Origin: an uncultured Nitrososphaerota archaeon
GTDB taxonomy: Archaea > Thermoproteota > Nitrososphaeria > Nitrososphaerales > Gagatemarchaeaceae
Length of the DNA: 64,000 bases
Reading direction: 5' to 3'
Assembly: GCA_963718895.1 (NCBI GenBank)
Contig: CAVRAG010000008.1
Location: 1,408,001 to 1,472,000 of the forward strand
Part shown: piece by piece, positions 27,595-37,363 of the stretch
Position numbering within the stretch: the stretch's first letter is position 1
Layout of the letters: each line of letters begins with the position of its first letter
Made by a program: the position numbers and the translations under genes
Notes under the pieces: generated by a model
What the model was told of the DNA's origin: nothing
Database searches by the model: none
The model's input: only the letters and a program-made list of their open reading frames with translations

Positions 27595-28037
27595 AGAGAC
27601 CAGGCTTGCGCGCCGATGAGGGGTTTCCCGAGCCGAGTGGCCACCTCCGCAGGAGGATGACTGCGACGAGGACCGTCCCCGCGACCAGAGTCGCGGACCA
27701 GCCGAATTCAGGGACTCCGACAGTCGTGGTCGTGGTGGTCGTAGTGCTGCAGGTGGTCGTGGTGGACTCGGGGTTCTGCACGATCGGTCTCGATGACGTG
27801 TTGACGGAAGTCTTGGCCAAGTGCGCTAGTGCCTAGCTGCGGTGAGATGGGGTCGCTCGCGTTGACGAGTATCGGCGCGCTGTTGGAGACTCCCGCGCCT
27901 GCGGCCGATGACTCCATCGACAGGACCTCCAACCCTCCGGTGTCGACCTGAACCGGGATGATGAACGTCGCCGTCTGTCCCGCGGCGAACGTGGCGCTAC
28001 CCGTGATTTTAGTATAAAAGCGCGGGCCCGGTATCAC
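27581..28037 (-). pseudogene. C-terminal remnant of a PEF-CTERM surface protein, frameshifted
   Basis: Thr tract + VPEFG + TM + RR in frame 27581-27820; upstream beta-rich frame differs; no signal peptide. Confidence 0.55.
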
Positions 28038-28118
28038 GCGTCTTGCCGGTATCGTTCAGTTATCGGGTTCTCGGAGCGTCGCATGCACGTCTCCTGAAGC
28101 CGCGCCTCTGTCATCCCG

Positions 28119-29079
28119 TCAGAACCGCTTTGACTTGTCGACCACGTTGATGAGGGGCCTGCCGTGTTCGAACCTTTCGCAGTTCTCGACGAGGATTTGG
28201 GTCCTGCGTTCCGGGACGCGATAGGAGTCGGTCTTGGCTGCCATGTGGGGCGTTATCAACACGTTCGTCATCGACCACAGAGGGTTGTCAGGGGGCAGCG
28301 GCTCCTGTTCGAATACGTCCAGGGCAGCACCGGCGATCTTCTTGGCCGTGAGCGCCTCGATGAGGTCCTGGAGGACCACGCACTTCCCGCGCCCGACGTT
28401 GACGAGGAACGAACCGGGCTTCAATAGGTTCAGCCTCCTCGCATCTATCATCCGAATGGTCTCCGGAGTCTCCGGGGTGATCAAAGATCAGGAAGTCCGC
28501 CTGGGGTAGGAGGGTGTCTAGGGCGTCTGGTGGATACACCGCCGTGACGAATGGGGGAGGGCTCTTCACCCGTGGGTCGATGCCTGTCACGGTCATGCCG
28601 AAGGCCGCGCACAGGCGCGCGGTCTCTGCTCCGATGCCTCCGAGGCCGACTATGAGCGCCTTGGACTCCGGAAGGTATGTGGCGGTCTTGACGGGTCCCC
28701 ATTCGGCCTTCTGTTGCAAGCGGGCATACTCGGGCAGATTGCGGGAGAGGGCGAGAACGAAGGCAAGGGCGTGGGCGGCGACATGGTCGTTGTAGATGCC
28801 CCGGAAGTTGGTCACAGTGACGTCGCTCTTGAGGAGGGCTTCGTGCCAGAACGACGGGTCCGGGCTCGCTGCATTGCACTGGATCCAGCGCAACTTTCTC
28901 GCGCGGGAGAAGAGTCCGGGAGTGACAAACCCGTAGGCACAGTCGGCGTCCTGGATGTAGGTCTCTGCTTCCTCTGGGGTCCTGAATGCCTCTACCTCTG
29001 CACCCGGGACCGCCTCTCTGATCTCCTTGGGCCACTCCTCCTGACCCTCGGGGGGGAGAATCGCCATCTTGAACGGCAT
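28119..29079 (-). pseudogene. D-2-hydroxyacid dehydrogenase with a +1 frameshift
   Basis: GLGGIG, NVGRG, LDVFEQEP, TPH; extra T near 28484. Confidence 0.82.
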
Positions 29080-29143
29080 TATGGCCGAACTCATCTCCAA
29101 AGTGCTCTATATTGTTCATGGTAGACCCGTCTTGCCGACAACA

Positions 29144-29166
29144 GGGTCCATCGCGTCTCATCCGGT
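29144..29166 (+). repeat. copy of the dispersed motif
   Basis: gggtccatcgcgtctcatccggt, 17/23. Confidence 0.6.
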
Positions 29167-29641
29167 GCGGTTTCGAAGACGAATGATTCCTGAGAGCCAT
29201 AAATATGGCTCGCACTTAGGGAATCCTGAAACAGGCCCAAGTCCTTCGCAGCGAAACAATAATACTACTTCGAGGCACTGCGCAATGCTCGCTAGCTGTC
29301 CTGTGCCACGCCGCAATCCGGGCAGTACGCAGCCTCCCTAGGCATGCGCGCCGCAGTTCGCACAGAACTTGGTGCCTGCCTGCGTTGACCGGGGCGCCGC
29401 GGGCGGGTGAGATCGGGCCACCAGTTCTCTCATTCCGCTCAATCCCACGCTCACACTGTCTTCCGTCCTCCCGCGGTTCAGAACCTGGAACCGGGCGGTC
29501 GAACTCACTCTTGCGATGCAGGTTCCCAGCGACGAATGGTCATTCTCGACGATTACCTTCACAGTCTCCCCGAGCGTCCCGATGGACGAGTTTGTGTCCC
29601 GGCAATCCCTTCGACCAGCGCTTAACTAGCCTGACCTGCAA

Positions 29642-30082
29642 TTGCGGGCCGTGAATCAGAAGCCTCTGTTCGCTGTGGAGCTGAAGCCCTTCGAACCCCA
29701 CACCGTGCGCAGCGGGAGAGGGCACAGGAACGTGAAGAGGCAGCTGCATGAAGCGATCATGAGGGCGGTGGACGGCGACGAAATCGGCGCGGCCCGGGAG
29801 AAAGTCAGAGACAAGATTCTGAGGATCGACGTCGAGTTCCGGCTCTGGAAGGGGTCCGAAAGGACGACCAACACGAGGGTGAAGAAGGACCTCGACAACC
29901 TACTGAAGCCCGTCCTGGACGTCCTGCAGACAAGCCTGAACACCCAGAAGACCGAACCGGGCCTAGACCTGATAGAGGGAGACGAACGCGTTCACGAAAT
30001 CAACGCCAGGAAAATCATCGTAGACGATGAGAAGGACGAGGGGATCCGGATAGTCATCCTTGAGCACTGGTTGTCCCGCTAG
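29642..30082 (+). CDS. RusA-like Holliday junction endonuclease
   Basis: DLDNLLKPVLD matches the RusA DxDNxxKxxxD motif. Confidence 0.75.
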   Translation: MRAVNQKPLFAVELKPFEPHTVRSGRGHRNVKRQLHEAIMRAVDGDEIGAAREKVRDKILRIDVEFRLWKGSERTTNTRVKKDLDNLLKPVLDVLQTSLNTQKTEPGLDLIEGDERVHEINARKIIVDDEKDEGIRIVILEHWLSR

Positions 30083-30105
30083 CGCGCTTCCTTTGGGAGA
30101 GCAAT

Positions 30106-30747
30106 CTACCAGCCGTTCCAGTGTATCATGCTGGAGAGTGGCTTGCGCGGCCCCGGCCTGAAGGCAGTTCCTTTTGCATAGGCGACGGGAACCAGGGCCG
30201 CCTGCGTCACTTGCTCGAAGGGTATGCCGAGCAGCCTTGCGGCTTCCTCCTCGGAGCTGAGATGGAACGTTGTGTACACCGAGCCGAGACCTCTGGCTCT
30301 CAGGGCGAGCATGAAGCTCCATGTGGCCGGGACTATCGAGCCCCACGTCGCGGCCTGAGCCTGTGCGGGGAGCCCTTCCGTGCGTCCGTTGAAGCAGGGG
30401 ATCACGTGCACAGGTACCTCATGGACATGGTCGACTAGGTACCTGGCAGACGCCCTCAACCGCGTCCGTTCTGCTTCCCGCTTCGGGTCACCGCCCGTTG
30501 GCGGGGAGTTTTCAGAGAAGTACGATTCGGCGCCCTTGCGATAGAGGACCGCGAGCTGCGCCCGCTTGACCGGATCGGTCACGACGACGAAGTGCCAGCG
30601 TTGCGCGTTAGATCCGCTCGGCGCCTGCTGTGCCAGCCCGATGCATTCCTCGATCACTTCCCGTTCGACCGGACGGGTGAGGTCCAGCCTCCGCCTTACG
30701 GCGCGCGTAGTCGTGAGCAGTTCGTCGGGGGTGAGGTCCAACGGCAA
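30106..30747 (-). CDS. nitroreductase family protein
   Basis: TTRAVR, APSGSNAQRWHF, ALRARGLGS. Confidence 0.9.
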   Translation of the reverse strand: MPLDLTPDELLTTTRAVRRRLDLTRPVEREVIEECIGLAQQAPSGSNAQRWHFVVVTDPVKRAQLAVLYRKGAESYFSENSPPTGGDPKREAERTRLRASARYLVDHVHEVPVHVIPCFNGRTEGLPAQAQAATWGSIVPATWSFMLALRARGLGSVYTTFHLSSEEEAARLLGIPFEQVTQAALVPVAYAKGTAFRPGPRKPLSSMIHWNGW

Positions 30748-30815
30748 GGAGCTTTTTGTCTCGGGATGATTCTTTATCCTTTGCGAACGCTCCCGTGAAC
30801 GGGTTGAAGATGTGG

Positions 30816-30838
30816 GGGTTCACTGCGCTCCGTTTGGG
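30816..30838 (+). repeat. copy of the dispersed motif
   Basis: gggttcactgcgc-tccgtttggg. Confidence 0.65.
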
Positions 30839-30882
30839 ACACCTCGCCCGCGCTTCAGAATTGGCCAGCGGCGGAGATTCCA

Positions 30883-32058
30883 TCATGAATCCTTTCCCTT
30901 TCCTCTCAGAAGGATGAGCGGTATCGCCAGGACGACGACGATGGTGCTTCCGACGAGCCATGCGGACGGGTAGCCGTAGTCGAGGACTATCACCGAGAAG
31001 GAGAGAGGGGACGCGAAGGAGCCCACGAGCGAGAAGGAGTCGACGAACCCGACCGTGAAGCTCTCCATCTCCCGAGTAGGCGACCTGTCCCGGGCTGCGG
31101 AGAACCCCACCGTGAAGAAGATTCCCGTCGCCAGGCCCACCGCCAGCACGGCGGTGATCGCAGAGGGGACGGAGTCCAACGCAGCAGCCCCCACCCCCAA
31201 GCCCATGAGAGCAATCCCCGAGAGGAGTATGCGCTTCTCGCTTCGCCCCCTGTCGTAGAGCCTTCCGAAGAAAGGGCTCGACAGTAGAGGGAGAACGTAG
31301 GTCAGCCCACCTATGAGCCCGGCGGTCTCCGCCCCCAGACCCAGGTGTTGCTCTAGGTAGTAGACCATGAAGTTGCCGACGACGGCCGTCGCACCCCCCG
31401 CCCCCAGGAAGGCGATGCCGATGACGAGGACCTGCCTGTTGAAGACTACCCTCCTCAGGGCCGACATCATGCGGATCGGCTCTGTCAGAGGGGCATCGGA
31501 AGGGAGCAGCCAGATCACGACGAGGGTGGAGAACAGACAGAGCGCCCCGCCTATGAGGACGCTCTCTCTCCACCCAAGAAGCAGGCTCAGGATAGCCCAC
31601 CCGAAGACGCCGACTCCGCCGCCTATCGAGAACGATGTCGAGACCAGCGCGGCCCCAAGCCCCGTGGACCCGGGCCTCAGGTTCCTGATCAGGAGGACAA
31701 CTATCGGGGGGAAGCAGAACCCAAGGCCCATCCCCGCGAAGAATCTTAGCGCTATCAGGACGTCGAAGGTGGGAGACGCCGCAGCAGCCAGCGCTGATGC
31801 CGAAGTGATTAGCCCTCCGATGATGAGGAGCTTCTTCGCGCCCACGCGGAACGCGAGCAGCCCGCCGGGCAGCTCGAAGAGACCGTAGGCTACGAAGAAG
31901 CCCGAGGAGAGAAGTCCGAGTCCGTAGAGGTTCTGGTGGAACTCGAGCGATATCGGAAGGTTGAGAGCGGCGATGTTGGTCTGGACGATCGACACGAAGA
32001 CGTTCATCGCAACCAGCGCCACAACGACCGGAACATGCGTCTGGCTGCTCGAAGCCAT
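30883..32058 (-). CDS. MFS transporter, 12 TM
   Basis: GGLLAFRVGAKK and GRLYDRG motif A copies; RFFAGMG. Confidence 0.88.
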   Translation of the reverse strand: MASSSQTHVPVVVALVAMNVFVSIVQTNIAALNLPISLEFHQNLYGLGLLSSGFFVAYGLFELPGGLLAFRVGAKKLLIIGGLITSASALAAAASPTFDVLIALRFFAGMGLGFCFPPIVVLLIRNLRPGSTGLGAALVSTSFSIGGGVGVFGWAILSLLLGWRESVLIGGALCLFSTLVVIWLLPSDAPLTEPIRMMSALRRVVFNRQVLVIGIAFLGAGGATAVVGNFMVYYLEQHLGLGAETAGLIGGLTYVLPLLSSPFFGRLYDRGRSEKRILLSGIALMGLGVGAAALDSVPSAITAVLAVGLATGIFFTVGFSAARDRSPTREMESFTVGFVDSFSLVGSFASPLSFSVIVLDYGYPSAWLVGSTIVVVLAIPLILLRGKGKDS

Positions 32059-32096
32059 CCGCCCCCCTTCTCAATTTCTTGAGTTAAAAGAGCAAA

Positions 32097-32117
32097 GGGT
32101 TCGCGAGCCTCTCCGGG
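32097..32117 (+). repeat. degenerate copy of the dispersed motif
   Basis: gggttcgc-gagcctc-tccggg. Confidence 0.4.
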
Positions 32118-32219
32118 CGAAGGACCTCCGGCACGCCTGGCTCATCTAGAATCCGTGCTACGTCCAGAGCACGGGCGCCCTCGCACCACATTTAATAGAG
32201 TGATTGAGAAAATCACTCC

Positions 32220-32486
32220 ATGGCAAAAGACCATGCGGACGAACTCAAGGGGAAGATAACCGAGCTGCGAGACATCCTGGATGGTTTCGGAGACGCTAGA
32301 CGCGATCTGAACCAGGTACTGAAGTTCATCCATCAGCCGGGATGGACGACCCCCGCAGAATTCGCTCTGGTGGAAGCGGTGCTCAGCGCGGAGAAGAAAT
32401 ACGCTCTCGCGACGCTCCAGCTCAACAGGGCCTTCGTCTCGGCCGCCTCGAAGGTAGAACTGAACCCGCAGCCCCTGCCCCCCTAG
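32220..32486 (+). CDS. 88-aa helical protein ending in LNPQPLPP
   Basis: TATA TTTAATA at 32191; IHQPGWTTPAEF core; C-terminal ELNPQPLPP. Confidence 0.75.
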   Translation: MAKDHADELKGKITELRDILDGFGDARRDLNQVLKFIHQPGWTTPAEFALVEAVLSAEKKYALATLQLNRAFVSAASKVELNPQPLPP

Positions 32487-32796
32487 AACAGCATCCACGT
32501 GGATGAGCGGATCATCTCCGCAGAGCGGACTTCGTTCCACTCATTCACCTCCTCCAACGACGTGAAGAACGACGGCAGGCTAGTTGGCGGTCAGGGTCCA
32601 ATACGCAGGAGCTAGGAAGTCGGGTTCCTGTTAGGGTCGCGCAAACCCGAGTCGGGTTCCACGGTCTGGAACAGCTTGTCCGTCATGTACGGCTGCGTTC
32701 ATATTGCTAAGTCTCATTGGTCCTGACAAGGGCGCATCCCGTCCTCATATCTGACTGGAACCTAGGCCTGCTAGCCAAACGAATATGTAGGAGGGT

Positions 32797-33699
32797 GTGG
32801 CATCGGAGGGCATGTCCGAGGGGCGGGGAATCGTCCAGGAACTGAGCCTCGGCGACGTCATCTCAAAGACCTTCGAATACTATCGGCGCGACTTCACCAA
32901 ATATGTGATGCTCTTCGCGGTGGTGGAGGCGATCATAGGGGTCCTCAGCACGCTGGTACGGCGCTCTATCGTTCTGCCAGCCATTCCCCAGAATGCGGTA
33001 GCCCAACAGTACGTGAACTGGGCGCCCGGGTTCTTCGGAGCCTTGGCCGAACTGATCGCCCTGACAGCGATCATAACCTTGGTCTTCTATCCTGTCGCCT
33101 ACGGAAGCGCAATCAAGATGGCATCTGAGGCGATCCAGAGTGGCCAGACGGCCGTCGGCGCGTCGGTCCGGTTTACCGTATCAAGGCTGGTCTGGTTCTG
33201 GTTGGTGGGAATCGTCGTCGGCATCATCGTATTCATAGGGTTCATCGCGCTCATAGTCCCGGGGATAATCCTGGCCATAATGTTCACCCTGGTGCTTCCG
33301 GCCATCGTGATCGAGAATCCCGGCTTCGACAGCCTGGGAAGGAGCCGCAAACTCGTCAGCAAGAGGTGGCTGAAGACTTTCGCCCTCATCATCGTCCTTG
33401 CGATAATGGTCGGGATAGGGAGCGTCATCGTAGGCGTGATCAGCTCGCCCTTCGGCGTCGGAAGCACGGTAGTGAGCAGCATCCTCTCGGCCTTCTACCT
33501 TCCTCTGGTCCCGATAGCGCTGGCGGTCTACTACTACTCGAACGTCGCGAGAATCACCCCACTCGAGGCGAGCACTTCTCCGATGATCTCCGGAACCACG
33601 GTGCAACCAGCGATGATGAAGTTCTGTCCCAGTTGTGGGGCGCAGCTGCCCTCGACCGCGATGTTCTGCCCCAACTGTGGGGCAAAGCAGCCCGTCTGA
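32797..33699 (+). CDS. multi-pass membrane protein with C-terminal zinc ribbon
   Basis: Several TM segments; IVPGIIL...SLGRSRKLV; CPSC..CPNC. Confidence 0.85.
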   Translation: MASEGMSEGRGIVQELSLGDVISKTFEYYRRDFTKYVMLFAVVEAIIGVLSTLVRRSIVLPAIPQNAVAQQYVNWAPGFFGALAELIALTAIITLVFYPVAYGSAIKMASEAIQSGQTAVGASVRFTVSRLVWFWLVGIVVGIIVFIGFIALIVPGIILAIMFTLVLPAIVIENPGFDSLGRSRKLVSKRWLKTFALIIVLAIMVGIGSVIVGVISSPFGVGSTVVSSILSAFYLPLVPIALAVYYYSNVARITPLEASTSPMISGTTVQPAMMKFCPSCGAQLPSTAMFCPNCGAKQPV

Positions 33700-33757
33700 A
33701 CTGACTTCCCTTCAGGTCGTTCTCATCGAGAGTATCCTCTTGACAGGTCGCGCAAGG

Positions 33758-33780
33758 AGGTTCGTTGCGCCTCCGCCGGG
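33758..33780 (+). repeat. strong copy of the dispersed motif
   Basis: aggttcgttgcgcctccgccggg, 21/23, between convergent genes. Confidence 0.85.
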
Positions 33781-33798
33781 TTTGCTACCTCGGGCGGT

Positions 33799-34680
33799 CT
33801 ACCCTTCGCCGAGCGCCTCGATCTGCTTCCTCATCGAGGCAGTCGTGGCCGAGAGCTGGTCCAAGGCGAGTCTGGCCGCACCCGCCCGCAACCCGGGAGA
33901 GACCTTGGCGACCGCGTCGACCAGTTCGAGGGTTGCGATGAGCTCGCCCACCCACTCAGGTCCAGGGTCCGGTCCGTGTCCCCACCACGATACTATCCAC
34001 CACCACGGGTTGTAGATGCTCGGGACGGTCGGTGGCTTGACTGTGACGTGAGACTCCTGGTAGATGGCGACGGCCATGCCGAGGGTCCCCTGTGGGACGT
34101 TCAGCGCCGTGTCGCCCGTCAACATGAAGGCTCCGTTCAGGACCCATTTTGAGAACGGTTCGGGGGTCGAGACGACCGACGTGCTGGCGACCAGAGTCTC
34201 GGCCGCTGTCGTAGGTACGACTCCGACCACGTTTGCGTTACCGGTCAGGCTGGGGTCACTGGTCACGGTGACGAAGGTGTCGTCGATGAACCGTCCCAGG
34301 TTCGCCGAGAAGGCGTCGTCGATGATTTCAGGTCCGCCTCCGCCGGTACCCGGTCCGCTCGTGGGGAAGTACCAGGCCGTGATCGTCAAGGGTGAAGTAC
34401 CCACGGTCTGGGTGAACGCCACCGGCGGCAGCACCTGTCCGTTCGTGCCGTCGGTCACGCTCCAGAACATGAGGTTAGCCATGCCACTGCCGCTCATGAT
34501 GGTGTACGGTAGTTGAGGGAAGAAGGGCGGAGTGGTGACGCCGCCTGCCGGCACATCGCCTCCGGCCATCGGCGCCAGAGCCAGATCGATGGAGGTGTTC
34601 CGCGGCTGTCGGTGATGACCTCCGGGGAGAAACATCTTGTAGTATACGGCTACGTTCGTCAAATTTCGAGCCGACATCAT
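33799..34680 (-). CDS. hypothetical protein
   Basis: TATA near 34700; beta-rich body, NPWWWIVSWWGHGPDPGPEW, helical tail. Confidence 0.7.
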   Translation of the reverse strand: MMSARNLTNVAVYYKMFLPGGHHRQPRNTSIDLALAPMAGGDVPAGGVTTPPFFPQLPYTIMSGSGMANLMFWSVTDGTNGQVLPPVAFTQTVGTSPLTITAWYFPTSGPGTGGGGPEIIDDAFSANLGRFIDDTFVTVTSDPSLTGNANVVGVVPTTAAETLVASTSVVSTPEPFSKWVLNGAFMLTGDTALNVPQGTLGMAVAIYQESHVTVKPPTVPSIYNPWWWIVSWWGHGPDPGPEWVGELIATLELVDAVAKVSPGLRAGAARLALDQLSATTASMRKQIEALGEG

Positions 34681-34861
34681 GTTATCACCATTGTTATATA
34701 AGCCTAACGAGGTTGTTAATGCAAAATCTGAAAACGTGCGCTCTTTGCCATCGATCCCAGGCACTTGTTGGGCCTCAGCCGGTCCACCCAATCCACGAGT
34801 TGGGCTGTGGCTGGAGCTCCCGGAGCGGCCTGTCTTGGTGCAGTAGCAAATCTCTTTTTAC

Positions 34862-35098
34862 TTAGCGCACCTCGACCGGTAGAACGGACATCATCCGCGA
34901 GTACAGGAACCAGCTGACCACGACCAGCATGAAGCTGAAGACGAAGACCGCGATGTCGGTCCCGAGGGCCTCCGGGGTCTGCGGCAGGTTCCCGATGAGC
35001 ACCAGCGAACCAATGGAGAGCGCGAGACCGAAGACGATGTCAGAGAGGCCTTCTATCCTAACCTTGATCCGCGGGATGCCGACCGGCTCCTCGGGCAA
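34862..35098 (-). pseudogene. truncated TMEM175-family K+ channel
   Basis: RIEGLSDIVFGLALS resembles the RxxxFSD signature; stops after two helices. Confidence 0.6.
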
Positions 35099-35191
35099 GC
35101 GCGAGAAAGCAGCGGGGTGATTTTTTATCCTAGGAGAGGGCAGATACCCAAGGGGAATTGTTAAAATCTCTGCGCTGAACTCTCAACACTG

Positions 35192-35725
35192 TTGCTTTCC
35201 CTAGGCGCTTCGGCTCCCAAGTTCGAGCATCTTCTGTCGGCGGACGGGAGGAGGTACTCGCTTGATTCGTTCAGAGAGAAGCCGGTCCTTGTGGTGGTCT
35301 TCTCCTGCAACCACTGCCCTTACGTCAAGGACTATGAGGGAAGGATGGTCGAGATTCAGGCCGAGTACGCCTCCAGGGGAGTCCAGGTGGTCGCGATAAA
35401 TTCGAACGACGACAAGGCCTACCCCCAGGACAGCTACCCCGAGATGGTCAAGCGGGCGAGAGAGAAAGGGTTCAACTTCGTCTATCTTCGAGACGCCGAC
35501 CAGAGCACCGTGGATGCCTACGGGGCGGTCTGCACGCCGCACGTCTTCCTTTTCGACGCGAAGAGGATCCTTCGCTACAGGGGTCGGATAGACGACTCGA
35601 GGGACGCGTCGAGGGTCAAGAGCCCCGACCTGAGAAACGCCATCGAGGAAGTGATTCGGGGAGTCCCCGTGGCGAACCCTGACACGAGGCCTTTCGGCTG
35701 CAGTATCAAGTTCTTCCAGGGTTAG
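35192..35725 (+). CDS. thioredoxin-like / AhpC-TSA family protein
   Basis: CNHCPYV, INSND, YRGRID, GCSIK. Confidence 0.9.
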   Translation: MLSLGASAPKFEHLLSADGRRYSLDSFREKPVLVVVFSCNHCPYVKDYEGRMVEIQAEYASRGVQVVAINSNDDKAYPQDSYPEMVKRAREKGFNFVYLRDADQSTVDAYGAVCTPHVFLFDAKRILRYRGRIDDSRDASRVKSPDLRNAIEEVIRGVPVANPDTRPFGCSIKFFQG

Positions 35726-35758
35726 CTCCAGTCTCGTTAGAGAAGCGGCGGAACACTA

Positions 35759-36889
35759 ATGAATCGGCGCGTGTCATCGCGCTTGGGAAGAGCTTTGGTA
35801 GCTCGACGAATTCTCTTTTCGCGGGAGCTGACTAGCACAGATGTTCACGAGAACCTGAGGGACGCCATCCTGGCCGAGAATCAGGGATATGACTGTCTTT
35901 GGATTCCCGACCACCTGACTGACATACCTCCGCCGACCGTGGTGCTGGACGCCTGGACTGCTCTCAGCTACGTCGGGTCGCACACCAAGAGGATCAGGGT
36001 GGCCTCGGGCGTCACGGATACCCAGAGGATACACCCGGCCAAGACGGCGAACATCGTCGCGACGCTGGACCACATCACGAACGGGCGCGCGGTCCTCGGG
36101 ATCGGCGCCGGCGAGGTGATGAACACCAAGCCCTACGGAATCCAATGGGAATCGAGCGAGGTGCGGATAAAGCGAGTGGAAGAGGCGATAAGGATGATAA
36201 GGCTCCTCTGGTCCTCGTCGTACAGCAAGCCCGTGAGCTTCGATGGGGACTACTATCGACTTGACAAGGCCCATCTCGACCTGCCGCCAGTCCAGAAGCC
36301 CTCCCCTCCCATCTATGTGGGAGCCTACTCATCCTCAAAGATGCTCGCGATTGCCGGAGAGCTCGCAGACGGCTGGTATCCCGCATTCTACTATACCGTC
36401 GGCAGCTATCGAGAGAAACTGAAGGTCATCAGAGACGCAGCGGCGAGGGCGGGCAGGAGCTTCGACTCCATAGACAGAATGGCATACGTGCCAATCGTGA
36501 TTGGTGAGAAGTCTCCATCCTTGATGAGGGACCTCAAAAAGTACCTGAAGAGGCAGATGATCATGAACAGGTACCTGTTCAAGATACTCGGGGTGGAGGA
36601 CGCGCTCGACTCCGTCCCCAAGGAGCTGAACTATCAGCTCATCGCCCCGACCCTGGGCTATTCCAAGATGATAGACAGGGTTGTGAGCAAACTCCAAATC
36701 CCGGACGAGGCTCTCGAGAAAGGATTGGACGAGATGTTGGCCATCGGGACACCCGACCAGTGCATACAGTCGCTCGAAAGGTTCGTGAAGGCGGGCGCGA
36801 CACACATCTGCGTGAACCTCCCGCTCGGTGGGAGGGAAGACTACCGCTCGATCGCGAGCGAGATAATCCCCCGGTTCAGAGAGCCCTGA
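35759..36889 (+). CDS. LLM-class (luciferase-like) flavin/F420 oxidoreductase
   Basis: WIPDH, ATLDHITNGRAVLGIGAG, ELADGW. Confidence 0.88.
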   Translation: MNRRVSSRLGRALVARRILFSRELTSTDVHENLRDAILAENQGYDCLWIPDHLTDIPPPTVVLDAWTALSYVGSHTKRIRVASGVTDTQRIHPAKTANIVATLDHITNGRAVLGIGAGEVMNTKPYGIQWESSEVRIKRVEEAIRMIRLLWSSSYSKPVSFDGDYYRLDKAHLDLPPVQKPSPPIYVGAYSSSKMLAIAGELADGWYPAFYYTVGSYREKLKVIRDAAARAGRSFDSIDRMAYVPIVIGEKSPSLMRDLKKYLKRQMIMNRYLFKILGVEDALDSVPKELNYQLIAPTLGYSKMIDRVVSKLQIPDEALEKGLDEMLAIGTPDQCIQSLERFVKAGATHICVNLPLGGREDYRSIASEIIPRFREP

Positions 36890-36894
36890 GGAGA

Positions 36895-37230
36895 CTATTT
36901 CTCGATCTTCTTGCCGCCCAGCATTACCAGCGTGTTGCCGTCTCCTACCTTTGCCCAGCCATCGATGACTTTCTTGAAGCCCTCGCTCTGTGTCGTCTTT
37001 ATCCACTCCCCGAAGTCCTTCACGTCGATGATCTCGAAGACCTGAAAGGGATGGTTCTTCTTCGCGGACACGCCGCTGCCCTGGACATGGTCCGTCACTT
37101 CGAAGACCTCGAACTTCTCGACCACCTTCTGTTTCGGCGTGATGTTCTGGTCGATTTCCCTTGAGAACCTCCTGTACTGCGCGATGGTAGCCCCCGGCTT
37201 CAGCTTGTAGATGACGACGACTTTTGGCAT
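36895..37230 (-). CDS. EthD / REDY-like (HapK) dimeric barrel protein
   Basis: YKLKPG...YRRFSREID...FEIIDV. Confidence 0.6.
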   Translation of the reverse strand: MPKVVVIYKLKPGATIAQYRRFSREIDQNITPKQKVVEKFEVFEVTDHVQGSGVSAKKNHPFQVFEIIDVKDFGEWIKTTQSEGFKKVIDGWAKVGDGNTLVMLGGKKIEK

Positions 37231-37363
37231 GATATAATTATCTCCGGCGAGACCTATTCAGTCTTCTGAACTGGTGTGCAGAGTCTCCGTTGCTTGCCAT
37301 GAAACCTCATCCTGAAGGTTTCCAGCCCGGCTGAGACTCTCCAATCGAGGCCAGCCTTTAGAC

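Noticed and set aside
15990-28490. Programmed frameshifting in sfsA and the 2-hydroxyacid dehydrogenase
   Set aside because: These are single extra bases in short runs with no slippery heptamer; mutation or assembly error cannot be told apart without reads.
29338-29640. ORF ending KFCANCGAHA
   Set aside because: Only the zinc-ribbon tip is recognisable; likely a scrap of a decayed gene, so not called as a CDS.
33238-33254. Motif-like gggttcatcgcgctcat inside the membrane-protein CDS
   Set aside because: It encodes Gly-Phe-Ile-Ala-Leu in a TM helix and lacks the right part of the motif; treated as chance.
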